Origin: an uncultured cyanobacterium
GTDB lineage: Bacteria; Cyanobacteriota; Cyanobacteriia; PCC-9006; JAAUQQ01
Direction: 5' to 3'
NCBI GenBank assembly: GCA_963718615.1
Contig: OY970368.1
Location: forward strand, 2,016,001 to 2,080,000
Length of the DNA stretch: 64,000 nt
Shown piece after piece: positions 1-12,809 of the stretch; position 1 is the stretch's first letter, and each line of letters begins with the position of its first letter. The notes beneath the pieces are model-generated. The model made no database searches. It was not told the DNA's origin and saw only the letters and a program-made list of their open reading frames with translations. Position numbers and translations under genes: made by a program.

Positions 1-544
1 AGCCGTAGATTTTGAGTTTGCCTTGGTGTAATCGCGAATGAACCACTGGATAGGTTTTGAGATTATCAATTTGCGTCAAGATATTCTCGGCAACCGCTGT
101 TTCGATCAGGTCTTCGCCTTCCAAATGTCCGTAGCTATCTTGGATGACCCGCAGGGTGCCCGCCGCATGCTCCAGCCACTCGCAGACCAACGGCATGGAA
201 TCGCGCAGTTCCTTTATCTTGAGTAGCCCCTTCATAGCCCCGCAGTGGGAGTGGCCACAGATGACAATTTGATCGACGCCCAGAGCATGAACCGCATATT
301 CAATCGTCGCGCCCTCGCCGCCATTGGCCGCGCCGTAGGGGGGCACAATATTACCCGCGTTGCGAATGACAAACAGATCGCCTGGATTCGTCTGAGTAAT
401 CAAATTCGGGTCAATCCGAGAATCCGAACAGGTAATGAACAAAACCCGAGGTTTTTGCCCGTGGGCCAATTTTTCAAAGAGCTGACGATATTCGTCAAAG
501 TGATGCTCCTGAAACTCACGCAATCCTCGGATTAATTTTCTCAT
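1..544 (-). CDS. ccaA: Beta-class carbonic anhydrase (partial; 3' end outside window)
   Basis: Not in the ORF track. Manual translation from ATG at 544 gives MRKLIRGLREFQEHHF...KPRVLFITCSDSRIDPNLITQ...ICGHSHCGAMK, with the CSDSR and GHSHCG zinc motifs. Confidence 0.9.
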   Translation of the reverse strand, partial: MRKLIRGLREFQEHHFDEYRQLFEKLAHGQKPRVLFITCSDSRIDPNLITQTNPGDLFVIRNAGNIVPPYGAANGGEGATIEYAVHALGVDQIVICGHSHCGAMKGLLKIKELRDSMPLVCEWLEHAAGTLRVIQDSYGHLEGEDLIETAVAENILTQIDNLKTYPVVHSRLHQGKLKIYG

Positions 545-1014
545 CGCCCTAGATCCTCAATGGTTGCCGTAAGCGATGGTCAAAACTTTAATGGTTCTAG
601 CAGTGATGCCAGCGCTTCCCTCAGAGGCTATTTTACGGGCTTTAGGCTCCTCAACTGCAATCGTGCTGATCAATTCAAGAGACAAACTACCCAAAAGGCT
701 TAAAAGCAAAAGGCGACTGATTCCATGGCTTTCGCCACCTGAACCGTCGCCCGTCACAGGGAATATCACAGCTAACCGATATGAGTATATTCTGGCTTTT
801 CCAATTTCGGAAGACATCCGCCAAATCGCTCATTTCAGGGTTTGATTGCTTTCTTGTCCTAGTACCTTCCGCTGAGCTGCTGTCACACAACATACTCTTA
901 ATGCCCGTAGTACTTGTATCTCTGTCAACTTGGAGTCAACTGGTCCAAAAGCCTCAACGAGGGCAGCCCCCTCTATACTGGTGAATGGCGTTGAGAGAAA
1001 ATCCCTTCAGTTAC

Positions 1015-2463
1015 ATGGCATCCATCCGTGAACTGCATCAGCAGCTCATTAACAAAGAGCGTTCGGCGATCGAAATTGCGCAGGAATTCCTTCAGCGCAT
1101 CCAAGATCTGGAGCCGAAACTCCATAGCTTTCTACGAATTACCGAAGAGCAGGCCCTGAATCAAGCTCAACAGGTGGATGCCCAGATAGCCGCCGGAGAG
1201 AACATCGGACTTTTGGCTGGAATCCCCATTGGGATCAAAGACAATCTCTGTACCCAAGGCATTCCGACCACCTGTGGCTCACGCATTCTTGAAAACTTCG
1301 TGCCTCCCTTTGAGTCAACGGTTACCACGCGCTTGGCGGCGGCGGGGGCTGTGATGGTGGGCAAAACGAACCTAGACGAATTTGCTATGGGCAGTTCTAC
1401 GGAGAACTCGGCTTATCAGCTAACGGCCAACCCCTGGGATTTAGCGCGGGTACCGGGTGGCTCATCGGGGGGGTCCGCTGCCGCCGTTGCTGCCAACGAA
1501 TGTGTAGTTGCCTTGGGGTCGGATACGGGGGGGTCGATTCGCCAACCGGCATCCCTCTGCGGGGTGGTGGGGATGAAGCCAACCTATGGCTTGGTGTCTC
1601 GCTATGGCTTAGTCGCCTATGCCTCGTCGTTGGATCAGATTGGACCCTTTGGCCAGTCGGTTGAGGATGCGGCGATTTTGCTGGGGGCGATCGCCGGTTA
1701 CGATGCCCAGGACTCGACTAGCCTTAAGGTTGAAGTTCCGGACTATACCCAATCGCTGAAGCCCGACCTCAAGGGTATGAAGATCGGGGTTATTCAGGAG
1801 ACCTTTGGGGATGGCCTGGATCCAGAGGTAAAAGCGGTGGTGGAGGGGGCGATCGCCCAACTCAAAGACCTGGGTGCTGAAATCCAAGAAATTTCCTGTC
1901 CTCGGTTCCGCTACGGTCTACCGACCTACTACATCATTGCGCCCTCAGAGGCTTCGGCCAATTTGGCCCGTTATGATGGCGTTAAGTATGGGTTCCGCAA
2001 ACCCGATGCTGAAACCCTGATGGAGATGTACACCAAAACCCGAGCTGAAGGCTTTGGGCCTGAGGTTAAGCGTCGCATTATGATTGGCACCTATGCGCTT
2101 TCCGCCGGGTATTACGATGCCTATTATCTTAAGGCTCAGAAAGTGCGGACATTGATCAAGCAGGACTTTGAAACGGCGTTTGAATCCGTTGATGTTTTGG
2201 TTTGCCCAACGGCACCGACCACCGCGTTCAAGGCAGGCGAAAAAACCGCCGATCCGCTCAGTATGTATTTGTCTGACTTGATGACGATTCCGGTCAATCT
2301 GGCAGGCTTACCGGGGCTGAGCTTACCCTGTGGCTTCGATCGCCAAGGTCTACCCATTGGGTTACAAATCATCGGTAATGTTTTGCGAGAAGACCAGGTG
2401 CTACAGACAGCCTATGCCTATGAGCAAGCGACAACCTGGCATCAGAAACGGCCTCCGTTATAA
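1015..2463 (+). CDS. gatA: Asp-tRNA(Asn)/Glu-tRNA(Gln) amidotransferase subunit A
   Basis: Amidase signature [26 protein letters not shown] and [14 protein letters not shown]; likely start [11 protein letters not shown] at 1015. Confidence 0.97.
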   Translation: MASIRELHQQLINKERSAIEIAQEFLQRIQDLEPKLHSFLRITEEQALNQAQQVDAQIAAGENIGLLAGIPIGIKDNLCTQGIPTTCGSRILENFVPPFESTVTTRLAAAGAVMVGKTNLDEFAMGSSTENSAYQLTANPWDLARVPGGSSGGSAAAVAANECVVALGSDTGGSIRQPASLCGVVGMKPTYGLVSRYGLVAYASSLDQIGPFGQSVEDAAILLGAIAGYDAQDSTSLKVEVPDYTQSLKPDLKGMKIGVIQETFGDGLDPEVKAVVEGAIAQLKDLGAEIQEISCPRFRYGLPTYYIIAPSEASANLARYDGVKYGFRKPDAETLMEMYTKTRAEGFGPEVKRRIMIGTYALSAGYYDAYYLKAQKVRTLIKQDFETAFESVDVLVCPTAPTTAFKAGEKTADPLSMYLSDLMTIPVNLAGLPGLSLPCGFDRQGLPIGLQIIGNVLREDQVLQTAYAYEQATTWHQKRPPL

Positions 2464-2537
2464 GGTCTCGTCGTCAACCCCAAGGGGGCTGTTTCAAATC
2501 TTGTGAGGCTGGTTTAAGTCTTGTGTTAAACCATTGA

Positions 2538-2571
2538 AAAGCGGGGATGTGCTCAGGCATGTCCCCGCTTT
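2538..2571. terminator. Bidirectional intrinsic terminator
   Basis: AAAGCGGGGATGTGC-TCAG-GCATGTCCCCGCTTT hairpin between convergent genes. Confidence 0.75.
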
Positions 2572-2652
2572 CTTAAGAATTGTTGTAGACCAAAGAAAAC
2601 CTGATCGACACAGAAGAGAAATTTCTAGATAAAAGTCTCTAGATAAAAATCT

Positions 2653-2877
2653 CTATTCCTCGTCTTCGTCCCACTGTTCAACCGTGAGCAGTTCGCTAAC
2701 CGGATCTTTCATTGAAAAATCAAATGACTCTAGCTCTTGCTTCAAATAGGACCATTGGTCGCTATAAAGAAACGCGATTTTCCAAAGCCCATCGGTTGGC
2801 TTTAAAACTCCCGACTCAACCAGGGATCTGACATGGCGTTGGAGCTTCACCATGGGGTGGAGAACTTTTTGACTCAT
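2653..2877 (-). CDS. DUF4327 family small cyanobacterial protein
   Basis: MSQKVLHPMVKLQRHVRSLVESGVLKPTDGLWKIAFLY...WDEDEE resembles DUF4327 as recalled; second Met taken as start. Confidence 0.75.
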   Translation of the reverse strand: MSQKVLHPMVKLQRHVRSLVESGVLKPTDGLWKIAFLYSDQWSYLKQELESFDFSMKDPVSELLTVEQWDEDEE

Positions 2878-3109
2878 ATTCAAATTGACATGTTTGATTG
2901 TAAAAACTTTGGAGCAGTAACTTTGCATCGTCGTTCTTGCAAATTGCGGCGATCGCTACGCCTCAACGCTTCTGCATCTTTCAGCATCCAACCCTAACAT
3001 AGAAAAAATAATTCTGTAAATCCTGAAAAGTTACGGTTATTTACGAAACCCAGTTTTTGGATTGATCAGCATCACCGAAGTACAGCGAAAGCGGCTGAAA
3101 CAAGCGGTT

Positions 3110-3142
3110 AAAAAAAACGGCTGAATTCTTAGAATTCAGCCG
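3110..3142 (-). terminator. Intrinsic terminator
   Basis: CGGCTGAATTC-TTA-GAATTCAGCCG stem with an A8 run on the left (U-tract on the minus strand), downstream of the 658-aa gene. Confidence 0.75.
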
Positions 3143-3235
3143 CGATGCGGGTAAACCATCAAAAATAATCTGATCATAATCCGATTTGGGATTCAAGGTT
3201 CTCTTGCTGCAAATTGCTGAGCAACCCTGACGCCA

Positions 3236-5212
3236 TCAGGTTTTCTGCTCATCTTCAACCATGAGATCTGCAAAGGGATCGTTTTCTAGACTATCTAGAT
3301 CGAAGGGATTATCTTCGATGCTGCCAAAAGCCAAGAGATCATCGCCTTCGTCGAAGTGAGGTTCGCCTCCGAGGTCCTCCAAATCACCCAGGGACGTATC
3401 GCTAAACAGGGCCGAGAGGGGGTCGGAGCCGCCGGCTTCTCCAGAGGCTTGAGCGACCTCTGCGTCGACCTCATCGGCGGCAAACAGGCTTTCGAGCGAT
3501 CGCGATACCCGCTGGGGTTGGGCTTCTGAACCCAAGGCGTCACCGAAGGCATCACCCAAGGCATCGCCATCGGAGGATGCTTCATCCCAAAGATTGGAGT
3601 CAAAATCGTCGATGGCATCTAGGGCGATCGCATCAACCTCCAGATCGGGGGCTAGATCATCGGCGGCATCGGCCTCTAGCTGAAGTTCCTCCAGGCTAAA
3701 TTCCCCACCCGCCTCCTGGCTATTGTCCAGGACGAATCCTGTCTCTTCAGCCATCCCGAAGTCGTTGGACAGATCGGCATCTAGATCTAGGTCGCCCAGG
3801 GGATCGGAGAGGGCATCTGTGCCCCATTCCAAGGACTCAGACGGCTCATCAAACAGTCCCTCTGATGCAGCAGTCATGGGATCCGCGTCTTCTTCGGTGG
3901 CCAAGAATCCGGTGTTTTCTTCTGCGGAAGCGGTAAAAAATTCCGTTGACGGTTCCGTTGATCCTTCCGGAGAGAGATCAAAGGCGTCTAGATCTCCCCC
4001 AAAGTCTGTGTCTAGGCTTTCCCCAAAGTTATCGGAAAAGTCATCGGGCAGGCTCTGCTCGTCCCCGGACTCCCCAAATAAATCCAGAGCCGCCTCAGGC
4101 GTTTCGACTCCGGTATCTGTTCCAGCACCTGTGCCAGAGTCAAGGTTTTCGGATAGGTCCAAGCTGTCGGATAGGTCCAAGCTGTCGGATAGGTCTAGGC
4201 TATCCCCAAAGTCCAGTGTCTCTGGAGCATCTAGCTCCCCACCTGTGTCAAATGCGTTCTCCATTCCCTCCAATCCTTCTAGGGGATCTAGGGTGTCCCC
4301 GGAGAGATCGAACGCATCGTCTGCTGGCATATCTGTGGACATCTCTCCGGGAATTTCTCCAGGGATTTCTCCGGGCACGTCTTCGGACATCTCTCCAAAG
4401 AGAAGGTCATCTTTGAGCACGTCGTCAGAGAGGTCTCCCTCATCAGCTTCAGAGGTGGCATCCCATGGTAAATCTGCTGGTAGATCTGCTGCTTCCGCTA
4501 CTAGTGCAGCCGCTCCCATACCGGCGATCGCCACTCCAGCAACTCCCAAGGCTGGGGGCGGCGGTGGCGGTGAAGGCAGCTCTGCCTCCTCCTCGCCCGT
4601 CACCTCAGACAACCACTCTGCACCGGACCCCTGGGTGATATCGTCATGACCCACTTCAATGGTTTCCGCCTCAAAGCCCAAATTCTCAGGAGCCGTGCCA
4701 TCCTCAATCGCCACGAGGGAATCATCGCTGAATGCCTCATCAAAGGAATCGAAGGACAAGTCGCTGGATGGATCGCTAGATAGATCGCTGGAATCAGTAG
4801 CCGTTTGTCTTTTTGCTTTTTCTTCGGATAGCTCTCCAGATTTTGCCTCAGCAGCGATATCTTCTGGAGACATCTCGATCAGATCCAAGAGGGCCTGCAA
4901 GCTGTCAATGTTGTCGCGAATACTGCTGCATCCCGCCACAACCTGCTGCATGTGTCCTTCGGCCAGCGCTGTATACACCCCATCACTGAGGAAACCACTT
5001 CCCACGGATGTTTCAATCCGACCTTCCAATAAATTAATGTGGGTGCAAATTTTTTGGCTGTCGGGCAGTGCCTCCATCGGACTGCTCCCTTCCCCATCGT
5101 TCACAATGCGGGTGACGATCTGAAGCTGCATGACATCATCTAGGACCGATTGAATGGCTCCAGCGATGTCGCCGCTTCTAGCCTGTTCTAGAAATTTCTG
5201 ACTCGTCACCAT
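3236..5212 (-). CDS. Hypothetical protein: ~115-aa globular N-terminus plus very acidic low-complexity tail
   Basis: 658-aa ORF with SD-like GGAGA upstream; D/E-rich tail with DSLDLS and GEIP repeats. Confidence 0.8.
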   Translation of the reverse strand: MVTSQKFLEQARSGDIAGAIQSVLDDVMQLQIVTRIVNDGEGSSPMEALPDSQKICTHINLLEGRIETSVGSGFLSDGVYTALAEGHMQQVVAGCSSIRDNIDSLQALLDLIEMSPEDIAAEAKSGELSEEKAKRQTATDSSDLSSDPSSDLSFDSFDEAFSDDSLVAIEDGTAPENLGFEAETIEVGHDDITQGSGAEWLSEVTGEEEAELPSPPPPPPALGVAGVAIAGMGAAALVAEAADLPADLPWDATSEADEGDLSDDVLKDDLLFGEMSEDVPGEIPGEIPGEMSTDMPADDAFDLSGDTLDPLEGLEGMENAFDTGGELDAPETLDFGDSLDLSDSLDLSDSLDLSENLDSGTGAGTDTGVETPEAALDLFGESGDEQSLPDDFSDNFGESLDTDFGGDLDAFDLSPEGSTEPSTEFFTASAEENTGFLATEEDADPMTAASEGLFDEPSESLEWGTDALSDPLGDLDLDADLSNDFGMAEETGFVLDNSQEAGGEFSLEELQLEADAADDLAPDLEVDAIALDAIDDFDSNLWDEASSDGDALGDAFGDALGSEAQPQRVSRSLESLFAADEVDAEVAQASGEAGGSDPLSALFSDTSLGDLEDLGGEPHFDEGDDLLAFGSIEDNPFDLDSLENDPFADLMVEDEQKT

Positions 5213-5473
5213 GGGTCACTTTCTCCAAAAGGAACGGGGGAATGAGAGGAAATAAAGGATTTTGAAAACCGGGCCTGTATCCTGATCTGTATCCTGGGGG
5301 ATAGCTAGTGTCGCGATCGCCCCTATCTTGACTTAAAACTTCGCGTTATTTCATCAGTCTTTTCATCGATGAATTCATAAATTAGCGGCAGCGGATCAGA
5401 AGGCTTGCGATATTTTGCCGCTAAGTTTAACCGGATTCTACACAAATGCCAAAAGCAAATCCCTAAAAATGCC

Positions 5474-5506
5474 AAAAGAGGGACGCTTCAGCAACGCCCC
5501 TCTTTT
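5474..5506 (-). terminator. Terminator downstream of prk
   Basis: AAAAGAGGGACG...CGCCCCTCTTTT inverted repeat. Confidence 0.65.
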
Positions 5507-5542
5507 AACGTGGCAGAGATCCTAAAAAATCCCAATGATGGC

Positions 5543-6550
5543 TTAACCCAGCGCTACCGTCGCAACCTTCATTTCCTTGGAGGTGAGGCGCTCATAGGCA
5601 GCCCGCATTTTCAGCCCTGTCAACACTTGGAATAGACCCGTGCCGTTGGCAGAACCCGGATAGTCCTTGTGCTGGAGCAGCAGGTGGGACATTTCACCGT
5701 AGTATTTCGTATCCGTTTTGCTGAGGTGACCCTCGATGTAGATCATCTCTTCTAGATTATCGAACTGACCGTCGACCTCTAGAATCGAGACCTCGTTACC
5801 GTAGTAACTGTCCGGACCGTAGTGCAGACGAATGCCGGGGTAGGAACAGGTGAGTTTCCGACCACAGGGAATCCAGTCAATAGTTGACCCTTCGTCAAAC
5901 AGATAGACCGGCTCAAAGCCCTCAACCCCTTCCCGCTGAATCATCTGAACGCGGAGAATCTTGCCTTCCTTCTCATCTTCGATCAGATTTGTGGGCAGAA
6001 CCCGCAGAACAACGTCGGCATGGGCTTTCTGGGGATCAATATAGGCATCAAAGTCCGGCTTACGGGCATTGATCGAAGCCAAGATATCCTCGTAGGTGTG
6101 GCCACGCTCTGCCATGTCCCGCTGGATTTTCCAGGCGATTTTCACCTCGTCGCTAATGTCGAGATAAACGCTGAAGTCCAGCAGCGAACGGACCCGCTCA
6201 TCAAACAGAGGATGCAAGCCCTCGATCACCACAATATGATTCGGCTCAACTTTTTCAGGGGGATCGAGTTCGCCGGTCTCGTGGTTATAAATCGGTTTAT
6301 CAATGGGTTCACCATTTTTCAAGGCTTTGATCTGCTCGTACATCAGATCAAAATTATTTGCTGCCGGGTTGAGGGCCGTTACCCCTTTTTCCTTGCGACC
6401 CTTGCGGTCCAGACTGTGGTAGTCATCCAGGCAGATCACCGTCATCAGCTCCCGGCCAAATAAATCGGCCAGACGGCGGAGGAATGTGGACTTTCCACAC
6501 CCAGAATCTCCAGCGACTCCAATTAAAACCACGCGTTCTGGCTTACTCAT
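5543..6550 (-). CDS. prk: Phosphoribulokinase
   Basis: VAGDSGCGKSTF, ICLDDYHSLDR and WIPCGRKLTCSYPG motifs. Confidence 0.98.
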   Translation of the reverse strand: MSKPERVVLIGVAGDSGCGKSTFLRRLADLFGRELMTVICLDDYHSLDRKGRKEKGVTALNPAANNFDLMYEQIKALKNGEPIDKPIYNHETGELDPPEKVEPNHIVVIEGLHPLFDERVRSLLDFSVYLDISDEVKIAWKIQRDMAERGHTYEDILASINARKPDFDAYIDPQKAHADVVLRVLPTNLIEDEKEGKILRVQMIQREGVEGFEPVYLFDEGSTIDWIPCGRKLTCSYPGIRLHYGPDSYYGNEVSILEVDGQFDNLEEMIYIEGHLSKTDTKYYGEMSHLLLQHKDYPGSANGTGLFQVLTGLKMRAAYERLTSKEMKVATVALG

Positions 6551-7047
6551 TATGTCCCCTCTGTAAAGCAGTGCTGTGTGAAGTAGGTTAACAGACCTAT
6601 TGAAACGGCCCGGAGAGCTTTTCTCTGGATCGTCATCCCCTAGGAGTAGGCATTATTGCTGTCTAGTGCAATCGATATTACCAAAATTAGAATTTCGCGA
6701 ACAAGCGTTAAGCAAATCCGGTACAGATTATTCCTGAGACTGACGCGATCGCCACAGATTCCCCCGAGGACATTCCGTAAGGTATGGGACAACGCCAGCA
6801 CTTGGCAGGGAGCCCCAAACATAAATCAGTTAGCTCTCTGCCTGCCCCTCTGCCAACGTCGCTAGAACATGGGTCCCCCGACAAGCGGTGAATTTGACCC
6901 AAGGACAGCGCTAAGAGGGGGCGCTGCTTAATGATACGCTAGTCATTAATACCGACTGCATCTTCGCAAAGATTCAGTCGGAGTTATTGTGAAGGGGGAT
7001 GTTTCCGCCAGCACAGTGGTATTTGTGTAGGTTCGGAGAATTCATAA

Positions 7048-8277
<1,230 letters not shown>

Positions 8278-8310
8278 GCCCATAGCTCGTTAGTCTGTTT
8301 CTAAAACTTG

Positions 8311-8345
8311 AAAACCCTACCTGCGGATTAGGAGGTAGGGTTTTT
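8311..8345 (+). terminator. Terminator after petH
   Basis: AAAACCCTACCT...AGGTAGGGTTTTT hairpin. Confidence 0.75.
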
Positions 8346-8547
8346 GTTTGCCTGGATTGCTTCACCTAGACTGGCTAACCTGGAATGAATTGGGAGCTTG
8401 ACAGACCATTGCAATTCCTTAAGCGCCACTGACCACACCAAATTTACCTGCCTATCCTGGGGATGAGGATGCTGGATATCCCTATCAGCTATTGAACCCT
8501 TAGCCGCATCCCGAGCCAGTACTGAAACCACAAGCAGGAAGTCACCC

Positions 8548-9645
8548 ATGCCTGGAGAAACCTATCAACCCCCTGAGCAAGCACTGGCGATCGATCGCGA
8601 TTGCATGACGCTCTCCCGTCATGTGTTGACGCAACTTCAAAGCTTTTCCGCCGACGCCCAAGATCTCAGCGCCTTAATGTCCCGCATTGGGTTAGCCGCC
8701 AAACTGATTGCCCGTCGGCTGAGTCGCGCGGGCTTGATGGAAAATACCCTTGGGTTTACAGGGGAAACCAACGTCCAGGGGGAAGCCGTTAAAAAAATGG
8801 ATCTCTATGCCAACGAGGTCTTCATCTCGGCCTTTAAGCAAAGTGGCTTAGTTTGCCGGTTGGCCTCTGAGGAAATGGAGAAACCCTATTACATTCCTGA
8901 AAACTGTCCTATTGGTCGCTACACGCTGCTTTACGATCCTATTGATGGTTCATCCAACGTTGATATCAACCTCAACGTCGGCTCAATCTTCGCGATTCGT
9001 CAGCAGGAGGGCGACGACCTGGCGGGGGAAGGCCGTGATTTGCTCCAATCTGGCCATAAGCAGATTGCGGCAGGCTATGTCCTCTACGGTCCCAGTACGG
9101 TTTTGGTCTATTCCATTGGGACTGGCGTTCATCTTTTTACCTTGGATCCCAGCTTAGGAGAATTTATCCTTTCGCAAGAAAATATCCGCATACCGGAGCA
9201 TGGGCCGGTGTATAGCGTTAACGAAGGCAACTTCTGGCAATGGGAAGAGTCTTTCCGAGACTATGTGCGCTATGTCCATCGCCATGAAGGGTATACCGGT
9301 CGTTATAGCGGTGCGCTGGTCGGAGACTTCCATCGGATTTTGCTCCAGGGAGGTGTGTTTATTTATCCAGGAACTGTGAAAAATCCAGCCGGTAAACTGC
9401 GGCTGTTGTACGAATCGGCTCCGCTGGCTTTTTTGATGGAGCAGGCCGGTGGGCGAGCTAGTACAGGTACGCAGGAAATTCTGAGCGTTGTCCCGGATGC
9501 CGTTCATACTCGAACCCCTCTCATTGTCGGGAGCAAGGAAGATGTGGCGCTGGTAGAGTCCTTTATCCAGGAATACCAACGCATGCAGCGATTGGCTGCA
9601 CCCAGCTCCGACGGATTGCCCACCGCTGCGATCCCCGGCCTTTGA
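8548..9645 (+). CDS. fbp: Class 1 fructose-1,6-bisphosphatase
   Basis: [20 protein letters not shown] and GKLRLLYE motifs. Confidence 0.97.
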   Translation: MPGETYQPPEQALAIDRDCMTLSRHVLTQLQSFSADAQDLSALMSRIGLAAKLIARRLSRAGLMENTLGFTGETNVQGEAVKKMDLYANEVFISAFKQSGLVCRLASEEMEKPYYIPENCPIGRYTLLYDPIDGSSNVDINLNVGSIFAIRQQEGDDLAGEGRDLLQSGHKQIAAGYVLYGPSTVLVYSIGTGVHLFTLDPSLGEFILSQENIRIPEHGPVYSVNEGNFWQWEESFRDYVRYVHRHEGYTGRYSGALVGDFHRILLQGGVFIYPGTVKNPAGKLRLLYESAPLAFLMEQAGGRASTGTQEILSVVPDAVHTRTPLIVGSKEDVALVESFIQEYQRMQRLAAPSSDGLPTAAIPGL

Positions 9646-9787
9646 TGGCCCAACGGTTCAAAAACTTAAGATTTTCTTCCCGTCTATTCCCTGTTCCCCG
9701 TACCCGATATCACTTTCAGGGTCTGAATCGGCTCGGCATAATGAAGACAAATCGCTTGCTCTATTTCTGCCCCATTTCTAAGATTCT

Positions 9788-11317
9788 ATGGTTTCTCTTC
9801 TCGAAAATCCCCTGCGCGTTGGTCTGCGGCAAGAACGCATGCCGGAGCCCCAAATCCTCATTATTTTTGGTGCCTCGGGGGACTTAACCCAGCGTAAGCT
9901 AGTGCCCGCACTCTACGCGCTCTACGTCGAGCGTCGATTACCCCCTCAAATTACGATCGTGGGAGTGGCTCGGCGGGACTGGAGCCATGACTTTTTTCGC
10001 GAACACCTGCGAGAAGGGGTGGAAGAGTTTGGCGGGGGACTAGGCTCTGAGGAAGTTTGGGACGAGTTTGCCAGGGGGTTGTTTTACTGCGCGGGTGATA
10101 TTGACAGCCAAGAGAGCTACCAAAAGCTCAAGGCCTTTCTGGGGGAACTGGATGAACAGCGCGGGACCCGAGGCAATCGCACGTTTTACTTGTCGGTGGG
10201 GCCTCGGTTTTTCGGTGAAGCAGCCACCCAGCTGGGCAATGCAGGCATGTTGGGTGACTCGCGTAAGACCCGTCTGGTGATTGAGAAACCCTTTGGCCGT
10301 AACTTGAGCACAGCTCAGGCGCTGAACCGCACCGTTCGCAGTGTCTGCGCCGAGGAGCAAATCTATCGGATCGACCACTATCTTGGGAAAGAGACGGTTC
10401 AGAATCTGATGGTATTTCGGTTTGCCAATGCCATTTTTGAGCCGCTTTGGAATCGTCAGTTTGTCGATCACGTACAGATTACCGTGGCCGAAACTGTGGG
10501 CTTAGAGGGACGGGCGGGCTATTACGAAACCTCTGGGGCGCTGCGGGATATGGTGCAAAATCACCTAATGCAGCTCTTTGCCCTAACGGCGATGGAGCCC
10601 CCTAATTCCCTGGATGCCGATGCCATTCGCAATGAAAAGGTTAAGGTCATTCAGGCGACCCGGTTGGCGGACTTGGAACATCTCGATTGTGCGGCGGTAC
10701 GGGGGCAATATACCGCAGGCTGGATGAAGGGTAAGGCGGTTCCTGGCTATCGCGACGAAGAAGGGGCCAGTGCGGGGTCCACGACGCCGACCTATGCGGC
10801 CCTGAAGCTGGCGATCGACAATTGGCGCTGGAAAGGGGTTCCGTTTTATCTGCGGACGGGTAAACGCATGCCTAAAAAGGTGACAGAAATTGCGATTCAG
10901 TTCAAAGAAGTTCCCTTTTTGATGTTCCAATCGGCGGCCAAACAAGCCAACCCCAATGTCCTGGCGTTGCGGATTCAGCCTAACGAAGGGATTTCCATGC
11001 GGTTTGATGTGAAAATGCCGGGTTCTTCCCTGCGGACGCGATCGGTCGATATGGACTTTAGCTATGACTCCGCCTTTGGCAAAGGAACGCAGGATGCCTA
11101 CAGCCGCCTACTGGTGGACTGCATGTTAGGGGATCAAACCCTCTTTACCCGAGGCGATGAGGTTGAAGCGTCTTGGCGAGTTGTTACGCCGATTTTGGAT
11201 GCTTGGGACAATGCAGCTGATCCAGAGGCAATTCCCCTATATGAGGCCGGAACTTGGGAGCCTGCCGAGGCGGAGTTTCTGCTCAATCGCGATGGCCGCA
11301 AATGGCGGCGATTGTGA
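9788..11317 (+). CDS. zwf: Glucose-6-phosphate dehydrogenase
   Basis: GASGDL, EKPFG and RIDHYLGKE motifs. Confidence 0.98.
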   Translation: MVSLLENPLRVGLRQERMPEPQILIIFGASGDLTQRKLVPALYALYVERRLPPQITIVGVARRDWSHDFFREHLREGVEEFGGGLGSEEVWDEFARGLFYCAGDIDSQESYQKLKAFLGELDEQRGTRGNRTFYLSVGPRFFGEAATQLGNAGMLGDSRKTRLVIEKPFGRNLSTAQALNRTVRSVCAEEQIYRIDHYLGKETVQNLMVFRFANAIFEPLWNRQFVDHVQITVAETVGLEGRAGYYETSGALRDMVQNHLMQLFALTAMEPPNSLDADAIRNEKVKVIQATRLADLEHLDCAAVRGQYTAGWMKGKAVPGYRDEEGASAGSTTPTYAALKLAIDNWRWKGVPFYLRTGKRMPKKVTEIAIQFKEVPFLMFQSAAKQANPNVLALRIQPNEGISMRFDVKMPGSSLRTRSVDMDFSYDSAFGKGTQDAYSRLLVDCMLGDQTLFTRGDEVEASWRVVTPILDAWDNAADPEAIPLYEAGTWEPAEAEFLLNRDGRKWRRL

Positions 11318-11368
11318 ATCCTATGTGAATTCTAAAAATCCTCATTTCTCAATATTTCTCAATTTTTA

Positions 11369-12700
11369 ATGACTATGACCACTCCTCTTGTTGCGCTCCA
11401 AAAACCCAAAGCCATTTCCGTTGCCCAGATTGAAGCTGAGCTGAGCGAAATCTGGCTGAGTCAGCAAAATAACTCTGGTGTCCTTGCGACCCGTGCGGCC
11501 ACCTTTAGCATGGTCATCTATGAGCCTGAAGAATTTCAGCAGCTCCTGGCGGCGCTGGGCTTTTACGATGGGGCGATCGATGGTATCCATGGCCCTGCGA
11601 CTAAAGCCGCTGTCAAGGCAGCTCAGCGAGCCTATGGGATTGAGGAAACGGGACGGGTTGGGCCACAAACCCTGGCTAAGCTGCGGGAGGAGCGGGATTC
11701 TACTGGGGCGAAGGACCAACCCGTTTCCAACTTGAATATGCGGGGATTTAGCGTGAGTGATGCGATCGCCACCCAAAACCCCTGCCGGATCATCACCCTC
11801 TGCCCTATCTTGACCGGTGAATCCTCCCTTTCTGCCCAGGTTTCGGCCTATTGCCCCATCCATAAAGGCAACGACAGCACGCTGATGTGTTGCGAATACA
11901 TTACGCTCAAGGGCACCAAAGAGGAGCTGCAAGGGGTTGGAGAATTGGTTCAGTCGCTGATGATCCCCAATCTGCCGCGTTTTGTTTGGTGGAAAGCCAC
12001 GCCCAATCCAGAGCAACCGCTGTTTCAGGATCTGAGCCAAGCCTGTGATTGCATGATCTTTGACTCCTGCTACTTCAGTGAACCGGAGGCAGAGCTGCTC
12101 AAGCTACAACAGTTGCTGGAAGGACAAACCTACGTTGCGGATCTAAACTGGCATCGTCTGGCAGCTTGGCAGGAACTGGCAGCGGCGGCCTATGACGCTC
12201 CGGAGCGGCGACGGGATCTTTTGGAGGTCGATCGCGTCACCATTGACTATGAAAAAGGCAATGCCGCGCAAGCGCTGATGTTTTTGGGGTGGTTGGCCAG
12301 CCGCCTAGAGTGGCAACCCATCGTTTACGTCGAAGAAGGTGGTGACTACAATATTAGCCGCGCCAAATTCCAAGGGCCCCAGGGCCGGGAGATTGAAGCC
12401 GAGCTGGCGGGGATTCCTGTGGCGGACTGGGGGCAAATTCCAGGGGATTTGGTCGGTTTACGGCTCGCTTCGACCAATACAGACGCCAACTGCGCCACAA
12501 TTCTTTGTTCGGAGACAACGGGCTGTATGCGGATGGAATCGGGCGGCAGTGCTCAAACGGCCACGACCCACCAGGTGACACCGCCCACCGACGAGAGCGC
12601 CGAAGGCCTGATGGCACAACAGCTCCAAAGCTGGGGCCGCAACGTTCTCTATGAAGAAAGCCTTGAGATGACCGCCGCCATCCTCAAGCAAAAAGCCTAG
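11369..12700 (+). CDS. opcA: G6PDH assembly/activator OpcA with peptidoglycan-binding-like insert
   Basis: Follows zwf; ATRAATFS, CCEYITL and DLNWHRL motifs. Confidence 0.95.
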   Translation: MTMTTPLVALQKPKAISVAQIEAELSEIWLSQQNNSGVLATRAATFSMVIYEPEEFQQLLAALGFYDGAIDGIHGPATKAAVKAAQRAYGIEETGRVGPQTLAKLREERDSTGAKDQPVSNLNMRGFSVSDAIATQNPCRIITLCPILTGESSLSAQVSAYCPIHKGNDSTLMCCEYITLKGTKEELQGVGELVQSLMIPNLPRFVWWKATPNPEQPLFQDLSQACDCMIFDSCYFSEPEAELLKLQQLLEGQTYVADLNWHRLAAWQELAAAAYDAPERRRDLLEVDRVTIDYEKGNAAQALMFLGWLASRLEWQPIVYVEEGGDYNISRAKFQGPQGREIEAELAGIPVADWGQIPGDLVGLRLASTNTDANCATILCSETTGCMRMESGGSAQTATTHQVTPPTDESAEGLMAQQLQSWGRNVLYEESLEMTAAILKQKA

Positions 12701-12809
12701 GTAAGCGGTGGAGCATAACGCAAAGTTCTGCTGCTCAGATGTGCCAAATATCCCTGGACGTGATATCGTACCTTCGTACTACTCTTGAGCACAGTCTCAT
12801 TCAATAGAC

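Noticed and set aside
557-817. 86-aa minus-strand ORF upstream of the carbonic anhydrase, faintly DUF190/PII-like
   Set aside because: Similarity is too weak to call by eye; it may be leader sequence.
3723-5123. Long Ser-rich plus-strand ORFs
   Set aside because: Antisense shadows of the acidic low-complexity gene.
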